Source of the DNA: Parcubacteria group bacterium CG1_02_58_44
GTDB lineage: Bacteria > Patescibacteriota > Patescibacteriia > SG8-24
Direction of reading: 5' to 3'
Length of the DNA: 64,000 nucleotides
Assembly: GCA_001872545.1 (NCBI GenBank)
Contig: MNWN01000011.1
Coordinates: forward strand, 2,089-66,088
This document shows positions 1 to 10,447 of this stretch, piece by piece. The translations under genes were made by a program, and so were the position numbers. Within the stretch, counting starts at the first letter, position 1. Each line of letters opens with the position of its first letter. The notes beneath the pieces were generated by a model. It ran no database searches. It was not told the origin of the DNA and saw only the letters and a list, made by a program, of their open reading frames with translations.

Positions 1-325
1 CCTCGTCGCCATCCTTGTCCGAGTCCCGGTCAAAGTAGATATCGGTCAGCTCCCTTTCGATCTCGTCGCTGTCGACGGACGACATCTCTTTGACTGTTTC
101 CGTCGGCAGGACGGCGGACTCGTCGGCGACCTTCGGGACCGTCTCTTCCGATATTACGATCGGCGTTTCCGGCTTAGTCTCGGGCATGACGGAGTCGGTC
201 GACGGTTTGACGGCTGATTTTTTGGAGGGCCTCACGTTCGATTCGGTCGTCTTTTTCCGGCGTGGCCTTCGCGGCTTCGCAGGTGTTTTCGGTTTTGGGT
301 CTTTTTCCTCCTTCTTTCTGGGCAT
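1..325 (-). CDS. Hypothetical protein, 5' part only (runs off the window edge); Lys/Pro/Glu-rich N-terminus
   Basis: ATG at 325, just after the DUF4012 stop; open frame MPRKKEEKEPKPKTPAKPRR...IERELTDIYFDRDSDKDGDE to position 1. Confidence 0.7.
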   Translation of the reverse strand, partial: MPRKKEEKDPKPKTPAKPRRPRRKKTTESNVRPSKKSAVKPSTDSVMPETKPETPIVISEETVPKVADESAVLPTETVKEMSSVDSDEIERELTDIYFDRDSDKDGDE

Positions 326-335
326 AGTTGAAAAG

Positions 336-2942
336 CTAGCGGATCGGCATCTCTCCCATGACGCCGAAGAAAAGGTCGTGGGTCAGCGTTTCCTCGGCGA
401 CCTCGCGGCCGCGTTCGTCGGTCTCATGGTCGGGCGATGACCAAACCGTGGAAAAGCCGCGCGGCAGGTCAACCGTAGAGACCAGTTCGGCCGGTACGGC
501 TCCGGACTGCTTCTGGACCAGCAACGAGTAGTTGAGTCGTCGGCTTTCGCTGCCGTTGGTCAGACTGGCGTAGAGCGAGGAGATCAGGTTGCCTTGCGGA
601 CCCTGAAGTTCGACGGTGCCCGGAGGAAGCTGATAGGTGAGCGTGAACTCGCTGGTCTGGCCCGGATCTGTCTGCACCCAGTTGCCGAAGACGGTCTTGC
701 CGTTTTCGGTCGATGTCCGCGTACCCGAGCGTCGGTCCAGCAGTTCCTCATCTTGAGCGCGAGCCAGGACCGGATCCTGGACGTAGTCCGGATCGGGAAG
801 CTTGAACAGCTTGGGATCCGGAGCCTCGAATCCTTCAGCCTCGACTAGCGTACTGCCTAGCGGTACGTAGACGCGCAGGTAGTCGACGTTGCGCACTCCG
901 GTGAAGTCATCGCCCCTGAGTCCATTGTGGGTTCGGCTGACGGTCAGCGTGACCAGCACCGATCCGTCGGCCAGTACCTTGGCGTCATGCCTGATCCGTT
1001 CGGTCATGACCGCATCGGTCTTCTGTCCGGCGATGTTGGAGTGGATCACCTGCAGGTAGTCGCCGGGGGAGGTCCTGATCTCGCCCGACCAGCCCAGATC
1101 GACCGAACGGTTCTGCATGTCCGGATCGCTGAACCACATCTGGATCTCACGGTCGGTCAGCGAGTCGCTAACCGCCTCGGCCAGCGGCAGGTAGTCGTCA
1201 CGTTCGGCGTTCATGACCCGTTCGAGGATGATGGGCGCCAGATCGGAGATGATCTGCTTCGGTCGGTTTTCCTCTCGGTCATAGTCGATCTCGACTTCGC
1301 GCTGCGTTTCGGTCATGAAGTTGTCGGACGACAGTGTGACTTCGTATTTCGGCATTTCGACCGGACCGACCACGGACAGCAGCCGTTCCATCACGCTGGC
1401 GTTGATCGCGATCACTCCGTCCACGGTCGGGCCGCCGCTCTTCTCGTAGAACCAGGCCAGACGTTGGGCCGAGGTGGGGAAGTCGGGCGACCAGTTAGCG
1501 TCCTGAAACTGCCAATGCGGGTTGATGAGACGCAACGGGCGTGGAGCGATCAGTTTTTCGGTAAGAGACCCCTGCAGGTCATACGATCCGCCGCCCGGTA
1601 TCTCGAGATTTGTCACCTTGCCTTGGCTTACGTCGAGCAGGGCGAAACTGCCGATGAAGCCGCCGGTCGGCCTCAGTTCGGAGTCGTTCTGGAAGACCAG
1701 CAGGTAGCGTCGCGGCTGCTCCGAGCCGACCAGCAGGGCCAGGAAGCCGGCCATGTGGGTGAGCTGGTCCATGCCGCCGACGAGCCGCGGCAGTTCTGAC
1801 TTGGCCTGATCTAGCGTGTCGCGGTATTCGACCGGAAGCGATTCCGGGGACATCAGGGCTACGGCCTCGTTGGCGCGTATTAGATGGGGCATGGCCCGAG
1901 AGAGCTGTATCTCGAGTCCTCGCAGTTTCTCCGACGGCGAAACGTCAGACTTCAGTACGTCGAGTCCCGAGGCCAGCTTTCTGCCGCCGGCCGACAGCTG
2001 ATCGCCGACCACGAGCATCAGTCCGGCCGTCGAGACGTCGCTCGACGGAATCACCGATCCGGCGGCGGTCAGTATGGATGACAGGATGCCGAGTCGGCTT
2101 TTTATCTGTACGAAATGCTCCTCTGCCTGACGGAAGGCCGCTTGGACCCCATCGAAGTCGCTGGTTTGGGCGGCGGTCTGTGCTAATTTCAGACTCTCCA
2201 TGGCCTGCAGTCCTTGGGCCACAGCGTCGGTCCTGATCAGGCTCAGTGAGCCGAACGATCTGTAGATGCCGAGCGGCAGCAGTACGGCCAAGGACAGCGA
2301 AGCAATGGCCCAGACTGGCTTCAGGCGCAGACGGGGTAGGGCCAATCCGGTCGGCAGCAGACTGCCTAGGTTCGGCTTGGGCAGGCGGACGACCGGTAAG
2401 GTCGGTAGTTTCAGCTTGGTCGCAGGTCTGACTATCGGTCCGGCGACGGCGATCGGCGGCATCTCGGCAGCCGGACTCTTGGCCGGAATGGGGAGCAGAG
2501 AAAGTAGAGGCTGCAATGTCAGCCGATAGATGAGCACCACTACGGTTTGCAGCAGGGCCAGGACGGTCAGCTCGGCCATCGGGTGTCCTTCGAAGAAGTT
2601 TCGGATAGTGAGAGTCACCGCATGGACCAACGTCAGGGCCTCCTTCGGCGGCAGGTCGCGCCAGCCTCGGGGCCGGATCGAGACTGACCGATGACGCATC
2701 TCCTTCAGGTAGATCCGTTCGTCGAGCATCATCTGCCATCTGTACGGCAGGCGGCGTTTGGTCTGGGCCGGCTTGATCTTTTCTGGTTGTGGGGCCGGAT
2801 GAGTCTCAATCGACGGCGGTTTGAGGTCTATGACGAACGGAGAAAAGCGGCGCTCCCTTTCGGGTCGTCGTATCTCCTCCGTCCGCGACAGTTCCTGGAC
2901 TGCGGCGTCGGTGTCGTCAGGCTGTCTGTTGATGTCGTTCAT
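336..2942 (-). CDS. DUF4012 domain-containing membrane-anchored protein
   Basis: Motifs YLLVFQNDSELRPTGGFIGSF, DANWSPDFPTSA, VDGVIAIN, SNIAGQKTD, DYLRVYVPLGS; TM helix near aa 210-228; lies in a glycan cluster. Confidence 0.85.
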   Translation of the reverse strand: MNDINRQPDDTDAAVQELSRTEEIRRPERERRFSPFVIDLKPPSIETHPAPQPEKIKPAQTKRRLPYRWQMMLDERIYLKEMRHRSVSIRPRGWRDLPPKEALTLVHAVTLTIRNFFEGHPMAELTVLALLQTVVVLIYRLTLQPLLSLLPIPAKSPAAEMPPIAVAGPIVRPATKLKLPTLPVVRLPKPNLGSLLPTGLALPRLRLKPVWAIASLSLAVLLPLGIYRSFGSLSLIRTDAVAQGLQAMESLKLAQTAAQTSDFDGVQAAFRQAEEHFVQIKSRLGILSSILTAAGSVIPSSDVSTAGLMLVVGDQLSAGGRKLASGLDVLKSDVSPSEKLRGLEIQLSRAMPHLIRANEAVALMSPESLPVEYRDTLDQAKSELPRLVGGMDQLTHMAGFLALLVGSEQPRRYLLVFQNDSELRPTGGFIGSFALLDVSQGKVTNLEIPGGGSYDLQGSLTEKLIAPRPLRLINPHWQFQDANWSPDFPTSAQRLAWFYEKSGGPTVDGVIAINASVMERLLSVVGPVEMPKYEVTLSSDNFMTETQREVEIDYDREENRPKQIISDLAPIILERVMNAERDDYLPLAEAVSDSLTDREIQMWFSDPDMQNRSVDLGWSGEIRTSPGDYLQVIHSNIAGQKTDAVMTERIRHDAKVLADGSVLVTLTVSRTHNGLRGDDFTGVRNVDYLRVYVPLGSTLVEAEGFEAPDPKLFKLPDPDYVQDPVLARAQDEELLDRRSGTRTSTENGKTVFGNWVQTDPGQTSEFTLTYQLPPGTVELQGPQGNLISSLYASLTNGSESRRLNYSLLVQKQSGAVPAELVSTVDLPRGFSTVWSSPDHETDERGREVAEETLTHDLFFGVMGEMPIR

Positions 2943-4080
2943 CGTTCTTTTGTAGGTTCTGTTCGTAGACGGTCAGCGTGCGGGCGGCCGTATCGCGCCA
3001 GCTGTAGCAGGCACACTGGATTCTTCCGGCCTCGATCAGTTTGGTTCGCAGTCCTTCGTCGTCGGCCAATTGTGACATGGCCGCGGCCATCGATTCGATG
3101 TCCTCCGGGTCGAAGTAGAGCGCAGCCTGGCCCAGCGTCTCCGGCAGGCACGATCGGTTCGAGGAGACGACCGGCAGTCCGTAGCTCATCGCCTCGAGCG
3201 GTGGGATGCCGAATCCCTCGCACAGCGACGGGAAGACGTAGAACGACGCGTTGCGATACAGGTCGGCCAGTTCCTCGTCGCTGGCCCGTCCGAAGAACGT
3301 CACCCCCAGGCCGAGTCGTTCGCGAGTCATCTCCTTCTGCAGTCGTTCGTAGAAGTAGTCGTTGGCTCCGACCAGCACCAGTCCGAAGTCCTCGTGGCCC
3401 TGTCGGCGGAAACGGTCGAATCCCTTGACCAAACGTTCCAGGTTCTTGTGCGGATAGGCACTGCCGACGTAGAGGGCATAGGGTTTTTTTGGTCCGACGG
3501 ACGTCTCGGCAGGTTGGTTTTCTTTTTGGTTTTCGCTGAACTTTTCTGAGCAGGCGCAGCCGGTTACGACGATCGACTTGTTTTTTGTCTTCGGAAAGAG
3601 TCGCTCGATCTCCTTTTTGGTCGTTTCGGAAACGGTCAGGATGGTCTTAGCCCGTCGGAGAGCGCTGGCCATGACCAGTCGGTAGGCTAGGTACTTCAGT
3701 CGGTAGGTCAGTGGGTTGAGAGTCGTCGAACGGACGGTCGGAAAGTGGAGCAGAATCAGGTCATGCACAGTCGTGACGAACGGCCGGCGGTACAGCAGGG
3801 GCACGTTGAAGTGGGGGAAGTGCATCAGGTCCAGGCGGAAGCGGCGCAGAAACAGCGGATAGAGGACCTGTTCATGCAGAGAGTAGCAGCGGTATTCGGC
3901 CAGCTCCTTGCGGAAGTTCGGCGCCGTCGGCCGGTAGTCGTCGAAGTTTTCCCGGCGCAGGAAAATGACGTATTCGTTCCGGTCGTCAATCCGTTCGAGG
4001 TGAGCGATCAGCTCGCTGACGTAGCGCCCCAGGCCCTTGCCGATTGTGCCGTAGAAACGGGCGTCGATGCCGATCTTCAT
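2917..4080 (-). CDS. Glycosyltransferase family 4 (group 1)
   Basis: MKIGIDAR start, TVHDL, YVGSAYPHKN, FPSLCEGFGIPPLEAM (EX7E motif). Confidence 0.92.
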   Translation of the reverse strand: MKIGIDARFYGTIGKGLGRYVSELIAHLERIDDRNEYVIFLRRENFDDYRPTAPNFRKELAEYRCYSLHEQVLYPLFLRRFRLDLMHFPHFNVPLLYRRPFVTTVHDLILLHFPTVRSTTLNPLTYRLKYLAYRLVMASALRRAKTILTVSETTKKEIERLFPKTKNKSIVVTGCACSEKFSENQKENQPAETSVGPKKPYALYVGSAYPHKNLERLVKGFDRFRRQGHEDFGLVLVGANDYFYERLQKEMTRERLGLGVTFFGRASDEELADLYRNASFYVFPSLCEGFGIPPLEAMSYGLPVVSSNRSCLPETLGQAALYFDPEDIESMAAAMSQLADDEGLRTKLIEAGRIQCACYSWRDTAARTLTVYEQNLQKNDERHQQTA

Positions 4081-4146
4081 GATCATCTTCAGCTAGTTCC
4101 GGATGCCTAAGGGCATCGTCGTGCCGGATCCGAATGCAATACGCAT

Positions 4147-4155
4147 ATTATAGCA
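4147..4155 (-). promoter_or_regulatory. Extended -10 promoter element (TGcTATAAT) upstream of the GT4/DUF4012 genes
   Basis: Minus strand reads TGCTATAAT, ~65 nt upstream of the ATG at 4080. Confidence 0.55.
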
Positions 4156-4289
4156 GAAGGTGTGTCGGGATTTAAGGGTAGTTCGATTCGTGCAGTCACG
4201 TAAGTTTGTTGCGACCTTGTCGCCGCTCCCAGATTGGGTATGCTGACCTTAGATGGGTGCGTAACTCGGCGTAAATAAACCCAACAGTT

Positions 4290-4868
4290 ATGCAGAATGA
4301 AGAGCTCTATCGAAAATATCTTTCTGGGCGTCATTGGGATAGTCATTTTACCGCTTACGCCCAGGGATTCGCCGACTTTCTGCTCTCGAACGGTTTTGCG
4401 GGCCGTCTGGTCGATCTTGGCTGCGGCAGCGGTCGAGATGTGGTCGTCTTTCGCAGTCGGGGGATCGAAGTCTTGGGCGTTGATCTCTCCGCAGAGGAGA
4501 TTGCGACGGCCAGGTCAGGGTATCCGAATTGCCAGTTTGAGGTTGGTGATGCCGAACAATTGAATTTTGACGACTGTAGCATCGGAGCCCTTTTCATGAT
4601 CAACGTGGTGCACTACTTGGATAAGCATCGAGCCCTTGAGGAGGCTTGTCGCGTGCTCAAGCCCGGCGGTTTCTTCCTGATTCATTTCAACACCATGATA
4701 GCGGACCAGGACGGTAGGGTTGACTACGCGCAGGACGAGTCGGAGATTCTTAAGCTGACCAGGAATTTTGAGGTCGTTAGGAAGAATTCGCTCGTACGGG
4801 TGGATTCGCGTCCGATTGTTCATACGCATGCGATTCTCGAGCTGATTCTGAAAAGGCCGTTAGGTTAA
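4290..4868 (+). CDS. Class I SAM-dependent methyltransferase
   Basis: LVDLGCGSG motif I, GVDLS, VGDAEQLNF, RVLKPGG. Confidence 0.88.
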   Translation: MQNEELYRKYLSGRHWDSHFTAYAQGFADFLLSNGFAGRLVDLGCGSGRDVVVFRSRGIEVLGVDLSAEEIATARSGYPNCQFEVGDAEQLNFDDCSIGALFMINVVHYLDKHRALEEACRVLKPGGFFLIHFNTMIADQDGRVDYAQDESEILKLTRNFEVVRKNSLVRVDSRPIVHTHAILELILKRPLG

Positions 4869-4885
4869 TCTGAATGGCGATAACA

Positions 4886-4917
4886 AGAAAAGCCGCCTTG
4901 AGAGGGGCGGTCTTTTT
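4886..4917 (+). terminator. Intrinsic terminator
   Basis: gaaaagccgcc-ttgagagg-ggcggtcttttt hairpin with U-tract after the methyltransferase. Confidence 0.7.
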
Positions 4918-5026
4918 CGACCGTCTTTTGTCTCTGATCGGAATCGGCTTGATTGTTTTTGCCCCCCCGATAAACTTCTTTTGAAGTGATTAACTTCCGC
5001 TAACTGATCAGTTTTTAACTGAAATT

Positions 5027-5479
5027 ATGAGTGAATCAAGGGGTACGCCAATCGAGGGAGTGAATGGATGGACAGAGGAGGAAACTGAAGCTCACAACAA
5101 AGAGGAAGTCGAACGAAATTGGGGAGAAATTTCCAGTCGTTGGGCAAATTTTATGAAGGAAAGAGGAGAGGGAGAGAAGGGGGCGACGAACGAAGATTGG
5201 GACCAGCTGCGTGAGGATTTGCTGTCCGCACTAAAGGTAGATGGGTGGAACAGGGGGAAGGGAAATGGCAAAAGATATGACAGGGAGTTGGATATGAACT
5301 TAAGTAGTGAAGAAGTGAAAACGATTACCTTCTTGCAGTTGCCGTCATATTTTGATGGACTGGACAGTTACGATCGGGAACAATGGATGGAAGGTGATGT
5401 GCCGACTCCATGTCCGGAATTGAAGCGAATCGTCTTGTCTAAGGGTCCTGACGGTAAGTGGATTGAGGTTGGTGAGTGA
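5027..5479 (+). CDS. Orphan hypothetical protein (acidic, Trp-rich)
   Basis: 150-aa ORF, purine-rich and lower GC, AT-rich upstream region, downstream hairpin. Confidence 0.65.
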   Translation: MSESRGTPIEGVNGWTEEETEAHNKEEVERNWGEISSRWANFMKERGEGEKGATNEDWDQLREDLLSALKVDGWNRGKGNGKRYDRELDMNLSSEEVKTITFLQLPSYFDGLDSYDREQWMEGDVPTPCPELKRIVLSKGPDGKWIEVGE

Positions 5480-5525
5480 TTGGTGTTTTGAACAGACGTT
5501 TCGAGTGCCGTAATTAGGAAAAATA

Positions 5526-5553
5526 AAAAGACCGCCCTGATGGGCGGTCTTTT
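5526..5553. terminator. Bidirectional terminator
   Basis: aaaagaccgccc-tgat-gggcggtctttt between convergent genes. Confidence 0.75.
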
Positions 5554-5565
5554 GCCTGTTCGAAT

Positions 5566-6690
5566 TCAAGGTTTGATTTCGGCGAAGATGCGTTCCAGTC
5601 GGTCGGCACTGCGGTCCCAAGTGAACCGGCCGGCTCGGGTCGGTCCGGCCAGGCGGAGATGCCTTTCGAGACCGGTATCGTTCAGGGCGGCACCGATGGC
5701 CCAGGCGATCTCTTCGGTTCGGTCGGGATTGACCAGCAGCCCGGCGTCGCCGACCACCTCGGGCAGGGAGGTCGTGCTGCTGGCGATGACCGGCGTGCCG
5801 CAGGCCAGCGCTTCGAGCGCCGGCATGCCGAAACCTTCGTAGAAAGACGGGTAGACGAAGGCTGATGCGGCCGAATAGAGCGCCGGCTTGTCGTCCTCGT
5901 CGACGTAGCCCAGAAATTTGATCCGGTCTCGCTTGCGGGCCATTCCGACGGCCCTGAAGATTCGCTCATGCAGCCAGCCACGTCCGCCGGTCAGTATCAG
6001 TTCGGTCTCGCCCGTGTCGGCCAGGTCGAAGGCCCGGATGATTCCGGTTACGTTCTTGCGCTGCTCCAGCGTGGCCAGAAACAGGACGAACCGTTCGGGC
6101 AAGCCGTATTTCTTTCGCGTGCCGGCGGTCTCGACGGCGGCAAGCGGACGATATAGATTGGTGTCCACGCCGGGGCTGACCACGCGTATTCGGTCAGCGT
6201 CTAGGCCGAACGTCTCGGTCAGGTCCTCCTTGGTGTGTTCCGAGACCGCGATCACCAACATCGCCCGGTTCAGCATGCGCCGGAGTCCGGCCAGCCGGTT
6301 GCGCAGCAGGTGCTTGCGGGAGAAGAACTCCGGATGCCGGACGAAGGACAGGTCATGGACCGTCAATGCGTATGGACGGCGGGTCGCCAGGAAGTTCAGG
6401 TCCGGCAGGTAGGCCAAGTCGAACTCGCCGACCATCTCCTCCAGTCTGGGTCGGCCGGCCAGGGAGACGGATAGGTTTATCAGACGGTTAGGCCGGCGGA
6501 AGAAGTGATGGGTGATCGAGCCGTTCGGCGGCGGAACGTCGGTCGGAAACGGCAGTCTCGAGGAATTGCAAAAGAGGGCGTATTCGTGCGCCCCCCCTTC
6601 CGCCAAGCGCCGCATCAGGTGCAGCGTGTAGAGCGGCACTCCGGTCCTCTGCGGATCTAGGAGTGGCCGGATGTCGACCGCAATTCTCAT
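5566..6690 (-). CDS. Glycosyltransferase family 4
   Basis: [40 protein letters not shown]. Confidence 0.92.
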   Translation of the reverse strand: MRIAVDIRPLLDPQRTGVPLYTLHLMRRLAEGGAHEYALFCNSSRLPFPTDVPPPNGSITHHFFRRPNRLINLSVSLAGRPRLEEMVGEFDLAYLPDLNFLATRRPYALTVHDLSFVRHPEFFSRKHLLRNRLAGLRRMLNRAMLVIAVSEHTKEDLTETFGLDADRIRVVSPGVDTNLYRPLAAVETAGTRKKYGLPERFVLFLATLEQRKNVTGIIRAFDLADTGETELILTGGRGWLHERIFRAVGMARKRDRIKFLGYVDEDDKPALYSAASAFVYPSFYEGFGMPALEALACGTPVIASSTTSLPEVVGDAGLLVNPDRTEEIAWAIGAALNDTGLERHLRLAGPTRAGRFTWDRSADRLERIFAEIKP

Positions 6691-6693
6691 GGC

Positions 6694-7860
6694 CTAGTTC
6701 GTTATCTTCAGACCCGGCTCGACTCTAAGCAGCCGGTCGGGCGACTTCATCAGGAAATCCTCCTCGTTCCTGAGGTGCTCCTGATAGGCGTCGCGGACGA
6801 AGTCCTTGATTCGTCTCTTGAAGACGCTCGTGTTGAACTGCTCGGCGTGTCGGCGGATTTTCTGCGGATCGAATTTTTCCGGCTCGAACCTGATCACGCA
6901 GTTGGCCAGCTCCTCCCAGCTCTGGTCCTCCAGGAAAGTTCCGGTCATTCCATCGACGACCGTCTCGAGCGCCCCGCCGCGCCGATAGGCGATGACCGGG
7001 CGGCCGGCGGCCATGGACTCGACTGGCGTGATGCCGAAGTCCTCGTCCTGCGGATGGAGGTAGGCGATGGCCCGGGCATACAGCTCCGCCTTCTGCCGTT
7101 CGTTGACCTTGCCGACGAAATCGACGTTCGGTCTGGCCATCCGGCGCAGCGCCGAGAAGGACGGTCCCTCGCCGAAGATCTTGAGCGGAATGCCGAGCTT
7201 GTTGAACGCCCTGATCACGACGTCGAACCTCTTGTAGGCCACCAGCCGACCGCCGGCCAGGTAGTAGTCGTCGATCCGCGGGGAGATGGAGTAGTTATGA
7301 GTGTCGACCGGCGGATGTATGACGGTGCTGTCGCGTCGGTAGTACTTGGCGATTCGGTGGCGGACGGCCTGTGAGTTGGCCACGAAGCGGTCGACCCGGT
7401 CGGCGGCGTTGCGGTCCCAGGAGCGGATGCTCGACAGCAGCAGCGGCATTATCGACCTGACCGGACGCGGCAGCCCGATCTCGTTGACGTAGGTATGGGT
7501 GTCGGACCAGAGGTAGCGGGTCGGCGTGTGGCAGTAGCTGACGTGCAGCGTCTCCGGCTTGGTGATGACGCCCTTGGCGAAGGCTGACGTGCTCGACAGC
7601 ACCAGGTCGAAGTCGTTGAGGTTATGCCCTTCGGTCGCCGCCGGCATGAGCGGCATGAGCCACCTGAAGTGCCGTCTGGAGAAGGGGATCCGCTGCAGGA
7701 AAGATGTCCTTATGTCGCCGCGGAAGGTTTTCCCGAAGCGTTTCTCGTCGTGCAGCAGCGCGAAGATCGGTGCCTTGGGCCAGACCTCGTGAAAGGTCTT
7801 GAAGACGCGTTCGGCGCCGCCGTCTTGGATCAGGTAATCGTGGACTAGGGCGATTTTCAT
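6694..7860 (-). CDS. Glycosyltransferase family 4 (WbaZ-like)
   Basis: MKIALVHDYL..GGAERV, YCHTPTRYLW, GRLVAYKR, EDFGITPVESMAAG. Confidence 0.92.
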   Translation of the reverse strand: MKIALVHDYLIQDGGAERVFKTFHEVWPKAPIFALLHDEKRFGKTFRGDIRTSFLQRIPFSRRHFRWLMPLMPAATEGHNLNDFDLVLSSTSAFAKGVITKPETLHVSYCHTPTRYLWSDTHTYVNEIGLPRPVRSIMPLLLSSIRSWDRNAADRVDRFVANSQAVRHRIAKYYRRDSTVIHPPVDTHNYSISPRIDDYYLAGGRLVAYKRFDVVIRAFNKLGIPLKIFGEGPSFSALRRMARPNVDFVGKVNERQKAELYARAIAYLHPQDEDFGITPVESMAAGRPVIAYRRGGALETVVDGMTGTFLEDQSWEELANCVIRFEPEKFDPQKIRRHAEQFNTSVFKRRIKDFVRDAYQEHLRNEEDFLMKSPDRLLRVEPGLKITN

Positions 7861-7934
7861 GTGGTAGGTCGGTCAGTCAGGCTCTCATGATCAGCATCGC
7901 TGGTCTTTTTTCTTTGCGCATTGTCTCTCGACGG

Positions 7935-9350
7935 TCAGGCGGTCGGCGGACGGGTCAGGATCACGATCGGCGTCTTGATCAGGATCGACAGGTCAAGCCA
8001 AGGTGACCAATTCTCGATGTAGTAGGTGTCGAGATGGATCTCGTCTTCGAACGACAGGTCGCATCTTCCGGAGACCTGCGCCAGGCCGGTGATTCCGGGC
8101 TTTATGGTAAAGACGCGTCGGTGATGTTCCTTGTACTTTTCGACCTCCTCCGGCAGGTGTGGCCGAGGACCGACGAGCGACATGTCGCCCTTCAACACCA
8201 GGAACAGTTCGGGCAGCTCGTCGATCGAGTACTTGCGGATGAAGCGGCCAACTCGGGTGACACGCGGGTCGTCCTTGATCTTGACCAGCGGTCCGTCCTT
8301 GCGGGTGTTCAGTTTGGCCAGTTCGTCGTAGCGCAGAAAATGCTGGTCGCGTTTCATTGACCTGAACTTCAGGTAGGTAAATGGACGTCCTCCCTCACCG
8401 ATGCGTTTGACCGTCAGCCCGTCGGGCAGCTTCGAGAAGAAGACCGTTCCCCTAGAATCGATTTTGATGGCGACAGACGTGACGACCAGGATAGGGGACA
8501 CCAGGACGATAAGCAGGGTCGAGACGATAATATCGAAGATTCGCTTGAAGATGCGACCCCAACCGTCGAGTCGGGTGCTGCGGATCTCGACCACAGGCAA
8601 TCCGGCGATGTCGCCGATTTCCACGCCCCGGACCTGCGTCGCCAACAGGTCGGCGGTGTACTTGAAGGCCAGCTGGCGCGAGCGGGCGAAGGCCAGTATG
8701 CGCGACAGTTCGTCTCGGTCGGTTCCGGCGCCGATGACGATGATCTCGTCCAGCTGTCCTGTCTTGGCCAGCCGGTCGAGCTTGGACTTGGCGGCGCCGT
8801 CGAAGCGGTCGCATCGGCTGACCACGGAGAAGCCGAGGACCGGAAAGCGGCTGAAGGTCTCGGCCAGCTTGTCGGCCGAGCGCCGATCGTCGTTGACGAT
8901 GGCCACCCGATGCGTGCCGATGCCGTACTTGAGCAGCAGCCGCTGGAGCAGACGGACGAAGATTCGGCCGCAGCCGACGAACAGTACGGCGAAGAACCAG
9001 ACTGCCAGCACGATGAAACGCGACTCGAATAGCTCGCGACGGAAGAAGATCAGGGCAATGGAGGTCATGATCGCCGTCGAGGACGACAGGAAGATGCGGG
9101 TCAGCTCGATTCGCAGGCGGCGCGGACCGGAGACGTTGTATAGTCCGGCGAAGGTGAAGAACAGGACGAAGACCGCGGCCAGTCCGGCCGACAGCAGCAG
9201 GTAGTCGCTGAACGACATGGTCAGGACTACCGGGCGGAAGTCGGTCAGCCAGCCGAAGCGCAGGTTGTAGGCCGTGATTCCGGCCGCCAGCACCAGCAGG
9301 AAGTCGAACGGCACCAGGGCTGCAGTGAAGGCCAATTCTGTCCTTTTCAT
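7935..9350 (-). CDS. Priming undecaprenyl-phosphate sugar phosphotransferase (WcaJ/WbaP family)
   Basis: Four N-terminal TM helices; [52 protein letters not shown]. Confidence 0.93.
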   Translation of the reverse strand: MKRTELAFTAALVPFDFLLVLAAGITAYNLRFGWLTDFRPVVLTMSFSDYLLLSAGLAAVFVLFFTFAGLYNVSGPRRLRIELTRIFLSSSTAIMTSIALIFFRRELFESRFIVLAVWFFAVLFVGCGRIFVRLLQRLLLKYGIGTHRVAIVNDDRRSADKLAETFSRFPVLGFSVVSRCDRFDGAAKSKLDRLAKTGQLDEIIVIGAGTDRDELSRILAFARSRQLAFKYTADLLATQVRGVEIGDIAGLPVVEIRSTRLDGWGRIFKRIFDIIVSTLLIVLVSPILVVTSVAIKIDSRGTVFFSKLPDGLTVKRIGEGGRPFTYLKFRSMKRDQHFLRYDELAKLNTRKDGPLVKIKDDPRVTRVGRFIRKYSIDELPELFLVLKGDMSLVGPRPHLPEEVEKYKEHHRRVFTIKPGITGLAQVSGRCDLSFEDEIHLDTYYIENWSPWLDLSILIKTPIVILTRPPTA

Positions 9351-9645
9351 AGCTAAATATTCTTGATTTACGACGACTTCATTCTATCGGGGAATTCGGC
9401 TTGAGGCAACCGAAGTTTCGGCGTTACTCTTGATTGGTAGTGGCCTGCTTTGTCACCCGCAACTCCGCGGGATCGTAGTGTGGTGGATGTTGCCAGAACT
9501 TTTGCTGCCGCTATCTAGCCACTATACTTCCCCGAAGTGCCGTCGCAACCGTCGGGAGCGTCGAATGACTAACTAAGTAAACTCGACAGACGAAAGCACC
9601 GCACGATAATCGTGCGGTGCAAAGGTCCGGCGGTGCGGACGGCGA

Positions 9646-10254
9646 TTACGGCTGCTCAGCCGGGAGAAGGTAAGCCTCGTAGAGATAGCTTACCGTACCC
9701 TCGGCCAGTTCGAGCTGCCGCTGCAGCAGGATCTCCCGTTGGGCCGGCATCTGGGCGGCCGGACCGCCGGGCCAAAGCGGATGGTCGTGCCGCACCTGTT
9801 CGGCGCAGAACAGCCGGTCGATTTGGGTCCCGTTGGTCCGTCTGTCCACGATCAGACCGACGGAGACATTCACTGTCCGCAGCGCACACTGAACTGCGTC
9901 GGTCAGGTCATCGGCCGTCTCCCGGACCGCCTGCGCCTCGTCTTGGCTCTGGATCTGCCCCACGTTCTGCCGCTGCACGAGCAGTAGGTTCCGGCCCACC
10001 TCCGCCGCCAACAGTATGGCGTCAACGTCGGCCAGTATGCCTGATGTCCGCGGCAGACCGACTGCGGCCAGATGTGCCCGAGTCGCCCGAGTGGAATCGA
10101 GACTCCGCACGGTCAGGTCGACCCGCCTGTCCAAGTAGTCATATGCATCGTTGCGCTCGTACAGGAGCGCATTCCGGTTATGGCTGTCGTTGCAGCCACT
10201 CAAAACAACAACCAGTACTACAGCCGCGATAGCGGCCTTCAGAAAACTTCCCAT
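9646..10254 (-). CDS. Hypothetical exported protein with lipobox-like signal
   Basis: AGGAGG upstream; signal MGSFLKAAIAAVVLVVVLSG-C; hairpin at ~9595-9622 downstream. Confidence 0.6.
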   Translation of the reverse strand: MGSFLKAAIAAVVLVVVLSGCNDSHNRNALLYERNDAYDYLDRRVDLTVRSLDSTRATRAHLAAVGLPRTSGILADVDAILLAAEVGRNLLLVQRQNVGQIQSQDEAQAVRETADDLTDAVQCALRTVNVSVGLIVDRRTNGTQIDRLFCAEQVRHDHPLWPGGPAAQMPAQREILLQRQLELAEGTVSYLYEAYLLPAEQP

Positions 10255-10358
10255 TTCCTCCTCCTTTCGGCCTCCTCACGGCCGATACAAGAGCTGTAAG
10301 TTAAACACTGCATACAGCCCTAACTCTGTCCTGTGATAAATGACCACAGGAACGATGA

Positions 10359-10425
10359 AAAATAGCATAAATCACGCTATTTGTCAAGCGTGAGGCTTGA
10401 CTCGTGCGGTCTTTTCGGCTACATT
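10359..10425. promoter_or_regulatory. Back-to-back sigma70 promoters (minus strand for 9646..10254, plus strand for rnpB)
   Basis: Minus: TTGACA(10387-10382)-N17-TATTTT. Plus: TTGACT(10397-10402)-N17-TACATT(10420-10425). Confidence 0.6.
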
Positions 10426-10447
10426 TGTTTGGTCCCGCAAGGGGCAT

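Noticed and set aside
9351-9600. Possible ncRNA in the intergenic region (tagtggc...gccacta inverted repeat)
   Set aside because: A single short inverted repeat with no recognisable family motif; insufficient support
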